A stretch of 64,000 nt of DNA from an uncultured Clostridium sp. GTDB lineage: Bacteria; Bacillota; Clostridia; TANB77; CAG-508. This document shows positions 50,794 to 59,995 of this stretch, piece after piece. A program made the position numbers and the translations under genes. The DNA is taken from positions 7,301-71,300 of the forward strand of contig CANOGC010000001.1 in NCBI GenBank assembly GCA_947565445.1. The letters run 5' to 3'. Numbering within the stretch: the first letter of the stretch is position 1; every line of letters starts with the position of its first letter. The notes beneath the pieces are model-generated. The model made no database searches. It was not told where the DNA came from and worked only from the letters and a program-made list of their open reading frames with translations.

Positions 50794-51377
50794 AAAATAA
50801 ATTTAGAATTGGTGAAATTGTGATAGTTGATGGAAAAAGTGAAATATATGAAAAGCATTTCAAAGCATTAGGAATAGTAGAAGCAAAAGACTATTACTAT
50901 AATGAATATTTAATAACCATACTATCTCAAAATAAAGAAGATTGGTTTAAAGAAGATGATATACAAATGGTAATGGAAAGAAAGATTAAAAAGAAAGATA
51001 AGTATAAAGTGGTATTAGCTATAAATTTAAAAGGATTAGAATATATCATGAGTAAAGTAGATGAAATGCCTAACAAGTACAATAATATTCTTAACAAAGT
51101 AGATTTTTATAAAGAATATAAGGCTTTTAAGAAAACATATGCAATTTTAGTATGGACATCTACATATTGGACAGAAAATAATTTTGCAGTCAAATGTATT
51201 CAGGATTCGTTAAAAGAACTAAGAAAACAAAATATGGCATATAAACAGATAATAATAGGTGAAACTGATCCAACGTATGTTGAAATTAATGAATTTATAG
51301 ATAATGATTCTAATGTCGATATATTCCAAATCTTTCATAAAGTTGAATTAAAAAATGTAGGAGGGATTTTAGTTTGA
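50790..51377 (+). CDS. hypothetical protein
   Basis: 195-aa ORF, translationally coupled on both sides. Confidence 0.4.
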   Translation: MKNKFRIGEIVIVDGKSEIYEKHFKALGIVEAKDYYYNEYLITILSQNKEDWFKEDDIQMVMERKIKKKDKYKVVLAINLKGLEYIMSKVDEMPNKYNNILNKVDFYKEYKAFKKTYAILVWTSTYWTENNFAVKCIQDSLKELRKQNMAYKQIIIGETDPTYVEINEFIDNDSNVDIFQIFHKVELKNVGGILV

Positions 51378-51901
51378 TAGGAGAAAAAATAATACAAATT
51401 ATGTCAGAGATAGAGCCAATTCAAAAAACAGAATTGGATGAAGAAAAAAATTATAAGTTTGCAAAATCAGAAGAAATTATAGGAATGGTTAATCCTTTGC
51501 TTGTTAAATATAAGGTTATCATTGTACCCTTAAAAGTCGTAAATTTTTTGCCTCAAGGGAATAAGGTGTTTTTAACTATGAAATATCAATTTATTGATGT
51601 AGAAGATCCGAATAGAGATTGCATTGAAATTGAAATACCTGGTTCAGGATATGATGAAAAAGGAAGAGCAGTATATGCTGCTTTAACTGGAGCATATAGA
51701 TATGCAATGCAAGAAGTTTTTGCTATCCCTGTAATAGATGAAATAAAAAATGATAAGGAAAATGGCTCTAAAGATAGCGAACAGCAAGAAGAAAATAGTG
51801 CAAATGATGTACAAAATGAGAAATTCATAAGTGATGATGATATACAAAATATGGATACAGATGATTTAGACAAGTTGTTTGAAGCAAAAGAAATCGCTTA
51901 A
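51374..51901 (+). CDS. ERF-family single-strand annealing protein (candidate)
   Basis: 175-aa ORF. ...YKFAKSEEIIGMVNPLLVKYKVIIVP...MKYQFIDVED...GSGYDEKGRAVYAALTGAYRYAMQEVF resembles the ERF core. The C-terminal tail is acidic. Confidence 0.55.
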   Translation: MIGEKIIQIMSEIEPIQKTELDEEKNYKFAKSEEIIGMVNPLLVKYKVIIVPLKVVNFLPQGNKVFLTMKYQFIDVEDPNRDCIEIEIPGSGYDEKGRAVYAALTGAYRYAMQEVFAIPVIDEIKNDKENGSKDSEQQEENSANDVQNEKFISDDDIQNMDTDDLDKLFEAKEIA

Positions 51902-51921
51902 TTAAAGTATAGGAGGATAAA

Positions 51922-53589
51922 ATGTATATAAAAAATATATTTAATGTTAAAAATTATAAAGGTTTACCTGATGGGTTTAAAACGAATTTTGAAGAGGTTA
52001 CATATATTGTAGGTGATAATGCTAAAAACAAAACTACAATAGGTGCATTACCATTGTGGATTTTAACTGGATACAGTTTAACAGGAAGCAATAAGGAACA
52101 AGTTGCTAATGATAAGTCTAACGTAAATTCTAATACAGTAGCTAGTATGACTATAATTGATAATTCTGGCTCAGAACATACAATAACAAGATGTAAAGGA
52201 AAAGACAATTTTGTTATGCTAGATGATATTAGAACAACACAAGAAGTTTTAACAAGATTTTATAAAGATGTTCATGCTTTTATATGTAGTTATTACCCTA
52301 ATTATTTTAGAAGTATGGATTTAGCAAAACAAAGGGAATTGTTACTTAGAATATTACCAGCAGTATCAGCTGAAGATGCTTTTAAATTACTAGAAAAAGA
52401 GGAGCAAGAGATATTAGAAGAGAAAGTAATAGATATTAAAGGCTTCTGTAAGGCAAGAAGAGCAGAAATAAAGGAAATTAACTCGGATTTAGATAAACTA
52501 ACAGGTAGCAAAAATATGTTAATAGATATTGCAATTCAACAGGAAGATGAAAAAAAGGTATTTACAAAACAAAATGAATTAGATAATCTCGAACAAGAAT
52601 ATGAAAAGCTAATTGAAAATACCGATAATATTGTAACTATAGAAGAATTAGAAAAAGACATAAACAAGCTAGATAATAAAATTACAAGCAATATTAAGGT
52701 AGAATTACAAGAATTGCAAACAAAGCAAAAGAAAGAATTAGAAAACTTAAATAATGTGTCAGAGGTAAGCTCTATATGTCCAACTTGTAAGCAAGAAATT
52801 AAAAACGAGAATTTAATAAATGCACTGAAGATAACTTACAAAAAGAATATTAATACTATTGCTGAAAAAATAACTAATTTAAAAAATGAAACACAAGAGC
52901 TAATGAATAAAAAGAAGAGTCAAATTAAAAAATATAAAGAAATGAAAACTCCAGAAATACAAGCAAAAAGTGAAAAAAGAGAAGATTTAAAATCTCAAAT
53001 AGATGTGTTGCAAAAAGAAAAAGCAGAAATAGATTTATTTAATAAAGAAGTAGAACTAAAACATAATGAGATTGTAAATGCAAAAAAGAAAATAGAAGAA
53101 TTCGATAAGTTAAGTACAGAAATGACAGATAAAATAGACAAATATACTAAACAAGTAAAAATAGCAACAAGATTAAATCTATTAATAATCCAAGAACAGA
53201 TGAAAAAAGTAAAAGACTATCTAAAAAACGTAACAATTGAATTCAGTAGTATTGATGAGGAAACAGGAGAAATTATAGATACTTATGATATAAAGTATTG
53301 TGGAAGAAAATATGAAAAACTTTCTAAATCGTATAAGTTAAGGGCAGATATAGAAATAGCTACTTTAATAAATAAGATTACAGGAATTAATACTACAATG
53401 TTTGTAGATGATGTTGAATCCATAACACAGCTTAACAATGAGTCAGGCTTACAAATGATACTTGCAATTGTGATAAAATATAATGATTTAGAGATACTTT
53501 ATGATTATTCAAATGTTCTCATAAGAGAAAGAGATTCAATTAACAAAAAAATAGAAGAAAGTAGTAATTTACTTCAAAATGCTGCTTAA
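51922..53589 (+). CDS. Rad50/SbcC-like coiled-coil ATPase with CxxC hook and degenerate Walker A
   Basis: N-terminal VGDNAKNKTT (degenerate P-loop), a long heptad-rich middle with CPTCKQE, and C-terminal MFVDDVES (Walker B-like). Confidence 0.55.
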   Translation: MYIKNIFNVKNYKGLPDGFKTNFEEVTYIVGDNAKNKTTIGALPLWILTGYSLTGSNKEQVANDKSNVNSNTVASMTIIDNSGSEHTITRCKGKDNFVMLDDIRTTQEVLTRFYKDVHAFICSYYPNYFRSMDLAKQRELLLRILPAVSAEDAFKLLEKEEQEILEEKVIDIKGFCKARRAEIKEINSDLDKLTGSKNMLIDIAIQQEDEKKVFTKQNELDNLEQEYEKLIENTDNIVTIEELEKDINKLDNKITSNIKVELQELQTKQKKELENLNNVSEVSSICPTCKQEIKNENLINALKITYKKNINTIAEKITNLKNETQELMNKKKSQIKKYKEMKTPEIQAKSEKREDLKSQIDVLQKEKAEIDLFNKEVELKHNEIVNAKKKIEEFDKLSTEMTDKIDKYTKQVKIATRLNLLIIQEQMKKVKDYLKNVTIEFSSIDEETGEIIDTYDIKYCGRKYEKLSKSYKLRADIEIATLINKITGINTTMFVDDVESITQLNNESGLQMILAIVIKYNDLEILYDYSNVLIRERDSINKKIEESSNLLQNAA

Positions 53590-53648
53590 AACAAAACTAT
53601 CATTTTGATAGTTATTTTTTTGCAATTAAGCAGGGAAGGAGATAAAAG

Positions 53649-54425
53649 ATGTTAAAGATAAAAAGATTTCTAGAATATAAAAAATGTTCTTCTTGTAATA
53701 AAGAATTCCTAGCTTATGAAGTACAGAAAATTAATAAAAAAGATTATATATGTATGGATTGTAGAAGAGGTGATAGCTATTATAAAAAAAATTGCACCTA
53801 CAAAGGAAAAGAAAGTAAAATTAGTTTTTCATTTGAATTTGAAACATCAAGTAGAGCTAATGCCTTATATGAATTAAAAAAATATAATTTTATAGGATGC
53901 TCAGATGGTAGTATTGAAGGTCTAGAATGGAAATCAGTTATTTTTTATAGTAGAAAGTCATTTCATTCAATATGTCGAAAAATTGATAAATTCGCAAAAT
54001 ACGTTGGAAATTCTTGTGGTACACATCTTCATGTTTCAACGCCATATAAAGAAAAAATGGATCAATTTAAAAGAGAGTTGTTTCAACCGATTTTAAACGA
54101 AATGATAGCAAATAGAGAAAAAACAGAGAAGTTTTGGGGCAGATATTTTACTCATTATTGCCAAGCAGAAATACGAGATCGTGATAGGTATAATGCTTTT
54201 AATACTATATCAAGTGTAAATACATTAGAATTTAGACTTTTGAAATTTAAAAGTGCAGAGCAATATATAAGAGCTTGCGATTTTTGCATAGATACTACAC
54301 GATACATAAATAATCTAATATGTGATGAAGCTTTTAACAGCGAAAAAGCAAAAAAAATTGGAGAAATTATAGCAAAAAAATATAAGGAGGTAACAGAAAA
54401 TGTGCAGAGTTGTGCTAATGAATAA
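53649..54425 (+). CDS. amidoligase-family (glutamine synthetase-like COOH-NH2 ligase) protein with N-terminal zinc ribbon
   Basis: CSSC...CMDC ribbon. FEFETSS, GSIEGLEWKS, CGTHLHVS and TLEFRLLK blocks fit the amidoligase pattern as I recall it. Confidence 0.5.
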   Translation: MLKIKRFLEYKKCSSCNKEFLAYEVQKINKKDYICMDCRRGDSYYKKNCTYKGKESKISFSFEFETSSRANALYELKKYNFIGCSDGSIEGLEWKSVIFYSRKSFHSICRKIDKFAKYVGNSCGTHLHVSTPYKEKMDQFKRELFQPILNEMIANREKTEKFWGRYFTHYCQAEIRDRDRYNAFNTISSVNTLEFRLLKFKSAEQYIRACDFCIDTTRYINNLICDEAFNSEKAKKIGEIIAKKYKEVTENVQSCANE

Positions 54426-55142
54426 GCAAGGAGAACGAGAGATTGAAAAGATTTATGGTTTAGATAAGTATTTAAAATATTTAGAGAATCAATTAGGTGG
54501 ACATGGAAATCGGATTTGCATTGTTAAAAAACAAACAGGTGATTAAATTTGAAAAAGGTGTTAATTTAGATGTGCGAGATATAGCAAGAATATTAAGAAA
54601 AACAAATTATGATTGGGCATTATTTCACACAAGATTAGCATCGGTTCGGTACAAAGTGCGATAAAAACTGTCATCCTTTTATAAGAAGTGATACTGTTCT
54701 TGCAATGAATGGAACAGAACATTCTGTAGACTTTTTAAGTAAGACTATTGATATAACTGATACAGAAGCAATATTAGAAACAATGGATAAATATAATTTA
54801 GGTTTAGCTGCTTTAAGAAATTTTAGCAGTATTTTTATGGGCTTTTTAAAGGGAAATCCTTTTGTTGTAGCTGATAATACAGTTAGTATAAAAGTACTAA
54901 ACAATAATAAAACAAAAGCATTAGTTTTTGCATCGGATTTTCCAGCAAAATTTACAAGCAACATATATGAAGCAACAGAACGTTTTACGTGGTATAATGG
55001 AAGATTGCCTAAAACACTAATGAAGTACAAAAAAAGACATTATTCAAGATATTTTGATGATTATTTATACCATGATGATTTATATGGACAATGTTATATT
55101 GAAGCTTTAAACAGAAAAGGAGGTAGTTGCAATGCAGTATAA
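54400..55142 (+). CDS. class II (Ntn, N-terminal Cys) glutamine amidotransferase-like protein (needs two +1 shifts at CGG 54511 and CGG 54647)
   Basis: Starts MC after aaggagg. Skipping C54511 (AAT CGG A) and C54647 (GTT CGG T) gives one 246-aa frame: MCRVVLMNKQG...GGHGNGFALL...FHTRLASVGTKCDKNCHPF...LAMNGTE, with class II GATase-like motifs. Confidence 0.6.
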
Positions 55143-55617
55143 ATATAATGTGCAAGATGAAAGAGAAATTAAAAAGTTAAGTAACAGTAAAAGATTTTCT
55201 AAATATCCTACAATGTTTTTGAGTAATACTTGCGTAGTAAGAGTTAATAAAGATGACTGCTTGCAAGAAGACGAATTTACTATATATTGCAAATATAAAA
55301 TTCTACCAAGAAAAATATATTTGTATGGTAAAAAAACTAAACCTATAGAGGAAAATGACATTTTTTTAAATTACTGGCTAAATGTATTTTTAAAAACAAT
55401 AGAAGAAGGAAATTTGTGTAAGTATGACTTTCCTAAAAGCGATTCTAAGTTAGAATTGACTATAGGCTTGCCACTACAATATAGACTTAAAGCTTTTGAT
55501 TGCTACAATTGGACAAGAAAAAATGTAATAAACTTTTTATCTTGTTTATTTGATAGTGAAATTGAAGAGGCAGACTATGAGCAGCAAGACTTTTTAGAAA
55601 ATTTATTAGTAGCTTAA
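55132..55617 (+). CDS. hypothetical protein
   Basis: 161-aa ORF overlapping the upstream stop. Confidence 0.4.
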   Translation: MQYKYNVQDEREIKKLSNSKRFSKYPTMFLSNTCVVRVNKDDCLQEDEFTIYCKYKILPRKIYLYGKKTKPIEENDIFLNYWLNVFLKTIEEGNLCKYDFPKSDSKLELTIGLPLQYRLKAFDCYNWTRKNVINFLSCLFDSEIEEADYEQQDFLENLLVA

Positions 55618-55637
55618 AAAAGGGAGGAAAAAATAAT

Positions 55638-55937
55638 ATGTGTAAAAAATATGAGGCAATTTTTATTATAAAAAATTGTGATGATGCTGATAAAGTAAGA
55701 GAAGTTATAGATAGAATCAATAATATGGTTATATCAGAATATTGCGATATTTTTCATAAAGAAGAGCTTGGAGTAAGAAAATTAGCTTATGAAGTTAAAG
55801 GAGAAAAGAAAGGATATTACTATTTGATAAACTTTAAAGCTCCAGATAGCTTAGAAGACACAGGTAAAATATCAATTAAGATAAATACAGTTGAAGAGGT
55901 AATCAAACACATAATAGTAAAAATGGAGGATGATTAA
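55638..55937 (+). CDS. ribosomal protein S6 (RpsF)-like paralogue carried by the element
   Basis: KYEAIFIIK..., LGVRKLAYEVKGEKKGYYYLINFKA and EEVIKHIIVK follow the order and spacing of bacterial S6 (YE.m.I..., G.R.LAY.I.....G.Y.l..f.a, ..v.R.l.v). It lies near ssb, as in the chromosomal rpsF-ssb-rpsR operon. Confidence 0.6.
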   Translation: MCKKYEAIFIIKNCDDADKVREVIDRINNMVISEYCDIFHKEELGVRKLAYEVKGEKKGYYYLINFKAPDSLEDTGKISIKINTVEEVIKHIIVKMEDD

Positions 55938-56229
55938 AGTGAAAATTTATATAGTAAAACAAACAATAGAAGTAATACAAGGGCATGAATTAGAAAAAAA
56001 TGTAACAAATTTATATGGTGCATATAAAAATGAAGAGGATGCTAAAAATAAAGGAAAAGAAGTAATAGACAAAATAATGAAAAGAGAACAGGTTCAATTT
56101 TTAAAGCATGTGCATGTAGATAAAGATAACACTTTTAAAGATAGCAATATTGTTGTTTTAGAAAAAGGTAATGATTGGAGTTGGTCAACAACACATTCTA
56201 TTGAAATAGTAGAAATGAAATTAAAGTAA
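55930..56229 (+). CDS. hypothetical protein (the likely true start is GTG 55939)
   Basis: About 97-aa ORF between the S6-like gene and ssb. Confidence 0.4.
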   Translation: MIKVKIYIVKQTIEVIQGHELEKNVTNLYGAYKNEEDAKNKGKEVIDKIMKREQVQFLKHVHVDKDNTFKDSNIVVLEKGNDWSWSTTHSIEIVEMKLK

Positions 56230-56300
56230 AAAGAATAATGGTATTATAGGTTAAAGACTATAATATTTCATCTGCATAAAAATAAAAAAAGAAAGGAAAG

Positions 56301-56720
56301 ATGAAAATGAATAAAGTAATATTAATGGGGAGATTAACAAAAGATCCAGAGGTAAGATATACTCAAAATAGTAATACATTAGTAGCAAGTTTTAACTTAG
56401 CTGTAAATAGAAGATTCGTAAAACAAGGAGAAGAAAGACAAGCAGATTTTGTAAATATAGTTGCATGGAGTAAAATAGGAGAGTTTTGTAGTAAATACTT
56501 TAAAAAAGGTCAACAAGTAGGAATTATTGGAAGATTACAAACAAGAACATGGGATGACGAGCAAGGACAAAAACACTATGTAACTGAAGTAATAGCAGAA
56601 GAGGCATATTTTGCAGATAGCAAAAAGGACAGTAGCAACGAATCAAATGCTTTTGGGGATTTTGCAACATCTGAAACATCGGATTTTGAAATAACAAATT
56701 CAGACGATCTCCCATTTTAA
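56301..56720 (+). CDS. ssb: single-stranded DNA-binding protein
   Basis: NKVILMGRLTKDPEVRYT...ADFVNIVAWSKIGEF...GRLQTRTWDDEQGQKHYVTEVIAEE and the acidic C-terminal tip DDLPF are canonical SSB. Confidence 0.93.
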   Translation: MKMNKVILMGRLTKDPEVRYTQNSNTLVASFNLAVNRRFVKQGEERQADFVNIVAWSKIGEFCSKYFKKGQQVGIIGRLQTRTWDDEQGQKHYVTEVIAEEAYFADSKKDSSNESNAFGDFATSETSDFEITNSDDLPF

Positions 56721-56738
56721 TAATCAATAAAAAATAAG

Positions 56739-56768
56739 TAGGAAAGTAGATAATAAGCTACTTTCCTA
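56739..56768 (+). terminator. hairpin downstream of ssb
   Basis: 11-bp perfect stem taggaaagtag / ctactttccta. There is no clear U-tract, so terminator function is tentative. Confidence 0.45.
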
Positions 56769-56820
56769 ATGTAAATATTAATATAAACAAAATAGAGTCA
56801 AAAGAGGAGGTTTTAATAAA

Positions 56821-57042
56821 ATGAAAAAATATTATTTAGTAATGATAAATTTATGTTTATTGTTTATAGAAAATGTATTAATAACAGTAGCAGCATATAT
56901 AAACCCTACTAGACAAAATATATTAAATATAAGTGGAACAATTATAGGAATATTGCTTGCTTGTGAAATAACAATGATATTGGCAATTATAAAAGAAAAG
57001 ATAAATAAAGTAGAAATATTAAAAAATAGAAAGGAAAGATAA
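56821..57042 (+). CDS. hypothetical small membrane protein (2 TM)
   Basis: 73-aa ORF with two hydrophobic segments. Confidence 0.4.
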   Translation: MKKYYLVMINLCLLFIENVLITVAAYINPTRQNILNISGTIIGILLACEITMILAIIKEKINKVEILKNRKER

Positions 57043-57043
57043 A

Positions 57044-57523
57044 ATGTCTAAAAATTATCAATTAAAAAGTGGAAATTATTTAAAGATTGAAAAGTTGAAA
57101 TCAGGATATGAATGTTCATTATTCGAGGAAACAAAAAGATTAGTAAAAAGTACAATTATAAGCAAATTCGAGCTAACTGATAAAGAAATATTAAGTAAAG
57201 TCTTGGAAAATTTTAATATACCAACAGATATTGCTTATCAAGAGTTAGAAGAAGAAATAATAGAAAATATAGGCAACTTAGTATTTAAAGATAAAAATAG
57301 CAAAATACCTATGACTAACGAAGAATTAGCTGAGTTTTATTGGGATGGAGATAAGGCAAAAATAGAAAAATATGGTTATGATATGAGTAGACTATCAGGT
57401 AATTTATGTAACTGTTGTGGAAATGGCAGATTTGTTTTAGAAAAAGTAACTTTGAGTGGTAATAAAATAAAAGAAAAACAATATATGAAATGTAAAAAGT
57501 GTGGAGATTATTCACATTTATAG
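57044..57523 (+). CDS. hypothetical protein with C-terminal zinc ribbon
   Basis: 159-aa ORF with CNCCGNG...CKKCGD. Confidence 0.4.
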   Translation: MSKNYQLKSGNYLKIEKLKSGYECSLFEETKRLVKSTIISKFELTDKEILSKVLENFNIPTDIAYQELEEEIIENIGNLVFKDKNSKIPMTNEELAEFYWDGDKAKIEKYGYDMSRLSGNLCNCCGNGRFVLEKVTLSGNKIKEKQYMKCKKCGDYSHL

Positions 57524-57532
57524 GAGGAAATC

Positions 57533-58414
57533 ATGCAAAGTGTAATAAGTTATAAAGAAAGAGGAAACTATGGTGATGCACTATATAGAGGTAATTGTTC
57601 TGGATACGTTATTAAAGATTTGATAAATCATTTTTATCCAACATCTAAACCAAAACGATTTGTTGAGATATTTTCAGGTTCTGGAACTGGTAAAGATGTT
57701 GCAAAAGAATTACACATTAATAACAGTCTACATTTAGATTTGAATAATGGTTGGGATGCCCTAACAAATGAGATTCCTTCAGGTTCAGATTTTGTTTTTT
57801 CACATCCACCTTACTGGGACATTATCAAATATGAACAGCAGCGAAATAGCTATTCACCTAACGATTTATCTAATAATATGAGCTATGAAGAATTTATAAA
57901 AAAATTAGATACAGTAAATGAGAAAATATATCATAGTTTAGTAAATGGTGGTAGGCATATAACATTACTAGGAGATGTAAGAAAAAAAGGAAAATATTAT
58001 AGTATCATAAAAGATATGAAGTGGTTTGGAGATATAGAAAGTCATATAATAAAAATTCAACACAACTGTGTGTCAGATAATAAAATCTACAGTAATAATT
58101 CTTTTATAGCTATAAAGCATGAACATATTTTAGTATTTAGAAAAAATAAGATATGGCTATTTAATACTAAGATAACAAATAACGTAAAAGAAAATATTAT
58201 GAACATAACTCAAATAACATGGAGAGATTTGATTCAATCAACGTTACAATTTTTAAATAATAAAGCAAGTATAGAAGAAATTTATAATATTTTAAAAGAA
58301 TCGAAAAAGGCAGAAAATAACAATTTTGTAAGAGAAAAAATAAGGCAAACTTTAAACAGTAATAGCAATTTTGTAAAGAAAGGTGAAGTTTGGAGTTTGT
58401 GTATAGAAGAGTGA
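57533..58414 (+). CDS. orphan SAM-dependent (N6-A/N4-C type) DNA methyltransferase candidate
   Basis: Motif I-like FVEIFSGSGTG and motif IV-like FSHPPYWD about 45 aa later. No adjacent endonuclease gene. Confidence 0.6.
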   Translation: MQSVISYKERGNYGDALYRGNCSGYVIKDLINHFYPTSKPKRFVEIFSGSGTGKDVAKELHINNSLHLDLNNGWDALTNEIPSGSDFVFSHPPYWDIIKYEQQRNSYSPNDLSNNMSYEEFIKKLDTVNEKIYHSLVNGGRHITLLGDVRKKGKYYSIIKDMKWFGDIESHIIKIQHNCVSDNKIYSNNSFIAIKHEHILVFRKNKIWLFNTKITNNVKENIMNITQITWRDLIQSTLQFLNNKASIEEIYNILKESKKAENNNFVREKIRQTLNSNSNFVKKGEVWSLCIEE

Positions 58415-58456
58415 AAAGAAGATATTTTGGTATCTTCTTTTTAGATTGGAGTAAAA

Positions 58457-59152
58457 ATGCAAAATAAGTATAAAAAAATTATGGAATTATTGGAATTTAG
58501 CAATGGTAAATATAATGTTAAAGATATTTTTAGAGATTTTGTAATTATGTTTGCTATAGCTATAAAAAACAAGTTTAAGTATGAACAAATAGACGAAGAT
58601 GAATATTTACGAATAGTAAAAAGATACGACAAAAAAGAATTAGATATTTTTGCAAAATTGATAGCAGAAATGATGAAGGAAAAATTAAGGGAAGACAAAA
58701 TACAAGATATTTTAGGTGAAATATTTATGACAATTAATGCAAATTCAAAAAGAAATGGACAATTTTTTACACCTATACATATAGCAGAATTAATGGCTGA
58801 AATAACATTAAATGAAGAAAATATTAAAAATAAAAATTTTATAACTGTTCAAGATACAAGTTGTGGAAGTGGAGTTATGATTTTAGCTATGGCTAACAAC
58901 TTAGATAAACAAGGTATTGATTATAAAAATAGACTTTTGGCAGAATGCAGAGATATTGATTTTTTATGTTTTTGTATGACATATATTCAATTATCTTTAA
59001 GTGGTATTTCAGGAAGAGTAATATTAGGAGATACATTACAAGATGAAAAAAGAAAAATATTTTATACACCACAATATTATATTGGAAATTGGTATGAAAA
59101 AATAAAAGAAAGAGAGGAAATAAAAGATGGAAGAGAGCAGAAAAAATGCTAG
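58457..59152 (+). CDS. N6_Mtase (HsdM/type IIG-like) SAM-binding domain protein lacking the catalytic NPPY/F motif
   Basis: GQFFTPIHIAELMAEI (motif X) and VQDTSCGSGVMILA (motif I) are present. The protein ends at 231 aa with no (N/D)PP(Y/F) motif. Confidence 0.55.
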   Translation: MQNKYKKIMELLEFSNGKYNVKDIFRDFVIMFAIAIKNKFKYEQIDEDEYLRIVKRYDKKELDIFAKLIAEMMKEKLREDKIQDILGEIFMTINANSKRNGQFFTPIHIAELMAEITLNEENIKNKNFITVQDTSCGSGVMILAMANNLDKQGIDYKNRLLAECRDIDFLCFCMTYIQLSLSGISGRVILGDTLQDEKRKIFYTPQYYIGNWYEKIKEREEIKDGREQKKC

Positions 59153-59167
59153 AGGAGGAAAAGATAG

Positions 59168-59689
59168 ATGAAGTTATTATTTAGTTTAGCAGTTATAACA
59201 GAAAAAAATCAAAAAGTAGAAGATTTGATAAAACCATATATTCGTGAGAATTATAATGATAATCTAGCATCATCTATAAAGAAGCAGAGAAACTATATTT
59301 CAGGAGTATTATTTGGAAGCTTTGATAGTGATGTGTATGATGGAAGATTGCTATTAATAAAAAATAAGAATGGTAAAAATTGTTTAGGATATAAATCAAA
59401 AATAAAATATGTAGAGTGGCAAAAGATGGTAGAGTTAGAAAATGAACAATTAAAAGAAGAAGGAATAGATATAGAAAAAAATAAAGCAGATTTAGAAAAA
59501 GCATTTGGTTTCACAAATGCTATTATTACGCCAGATGGTAATTGGCATGGAATGATACCATTAGATCTTATATCTATAGGATTTACAGAAAAAGAACCAT
59601 GTGAAGAGTATATAAAAAATTATTATACTAAATACATCAAACCATTTGAAGAAACAGGAAGTATTACTATATTAACTTGTAATATATAA
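59168..59689 (+). CDS. hypothetical protein
   Basis: 173-aa ORF with RBS gaggagga. Confidence 0.4.
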   Translation: MKLLFSLAVITEKNQKVEDLIKPYIRENYNDNLASSIKKQRNYISGVLFGSFDSDVYDGRLLLIKNKNGKNCLGYKSKIKYVEWQKMVELENEQLKEEGIDIEKNKADLEKAFGFTNAIITPDGNWHGMIPLDLISIGFTEKEPCEEYIKNYYTKYIKPFEETGSITILTCNI

Positions 59690-59710
59690 ATAATAGGAGG
59701 ATAAAAAGAT

Positions 59711-59995
59711 ATGTTAAAGGGAATAAAAGATTTTGTGAATGACGCAAACAAAATAATAAGAAGAGAAACTAAGAAAATAGCTGCATTACATAAAGAAATA
59801 GAAGATTATGAAACATTAATTTATGTAGTAGGACAGACAGGAACTCAAGAACAAGCAATGTATTATAGAGAAAAAATAAATCAATGCTATTTACGAATTG
59901 ATACTTGTATAGAAAATATAAATAATAGTAGAGATAGAATTGCAACTATGAGAGTTGTTGACAAGATTATAAAGAGGGGTGAAAAAAGTGCCTAA
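59711..59995 (+). CDS. hypothetical protein
   Basis: 94-aa ORF with RBS aggagga. Confidence 0.4.
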   Translation: MLKGIKDFVNDANKIIRRETKKIAALHKEIEDYETLIYVVGQTGTQEQAMYYREKINQCYLRIDTCIENINNSRDRIATMRVVDKIIKRGEKSA

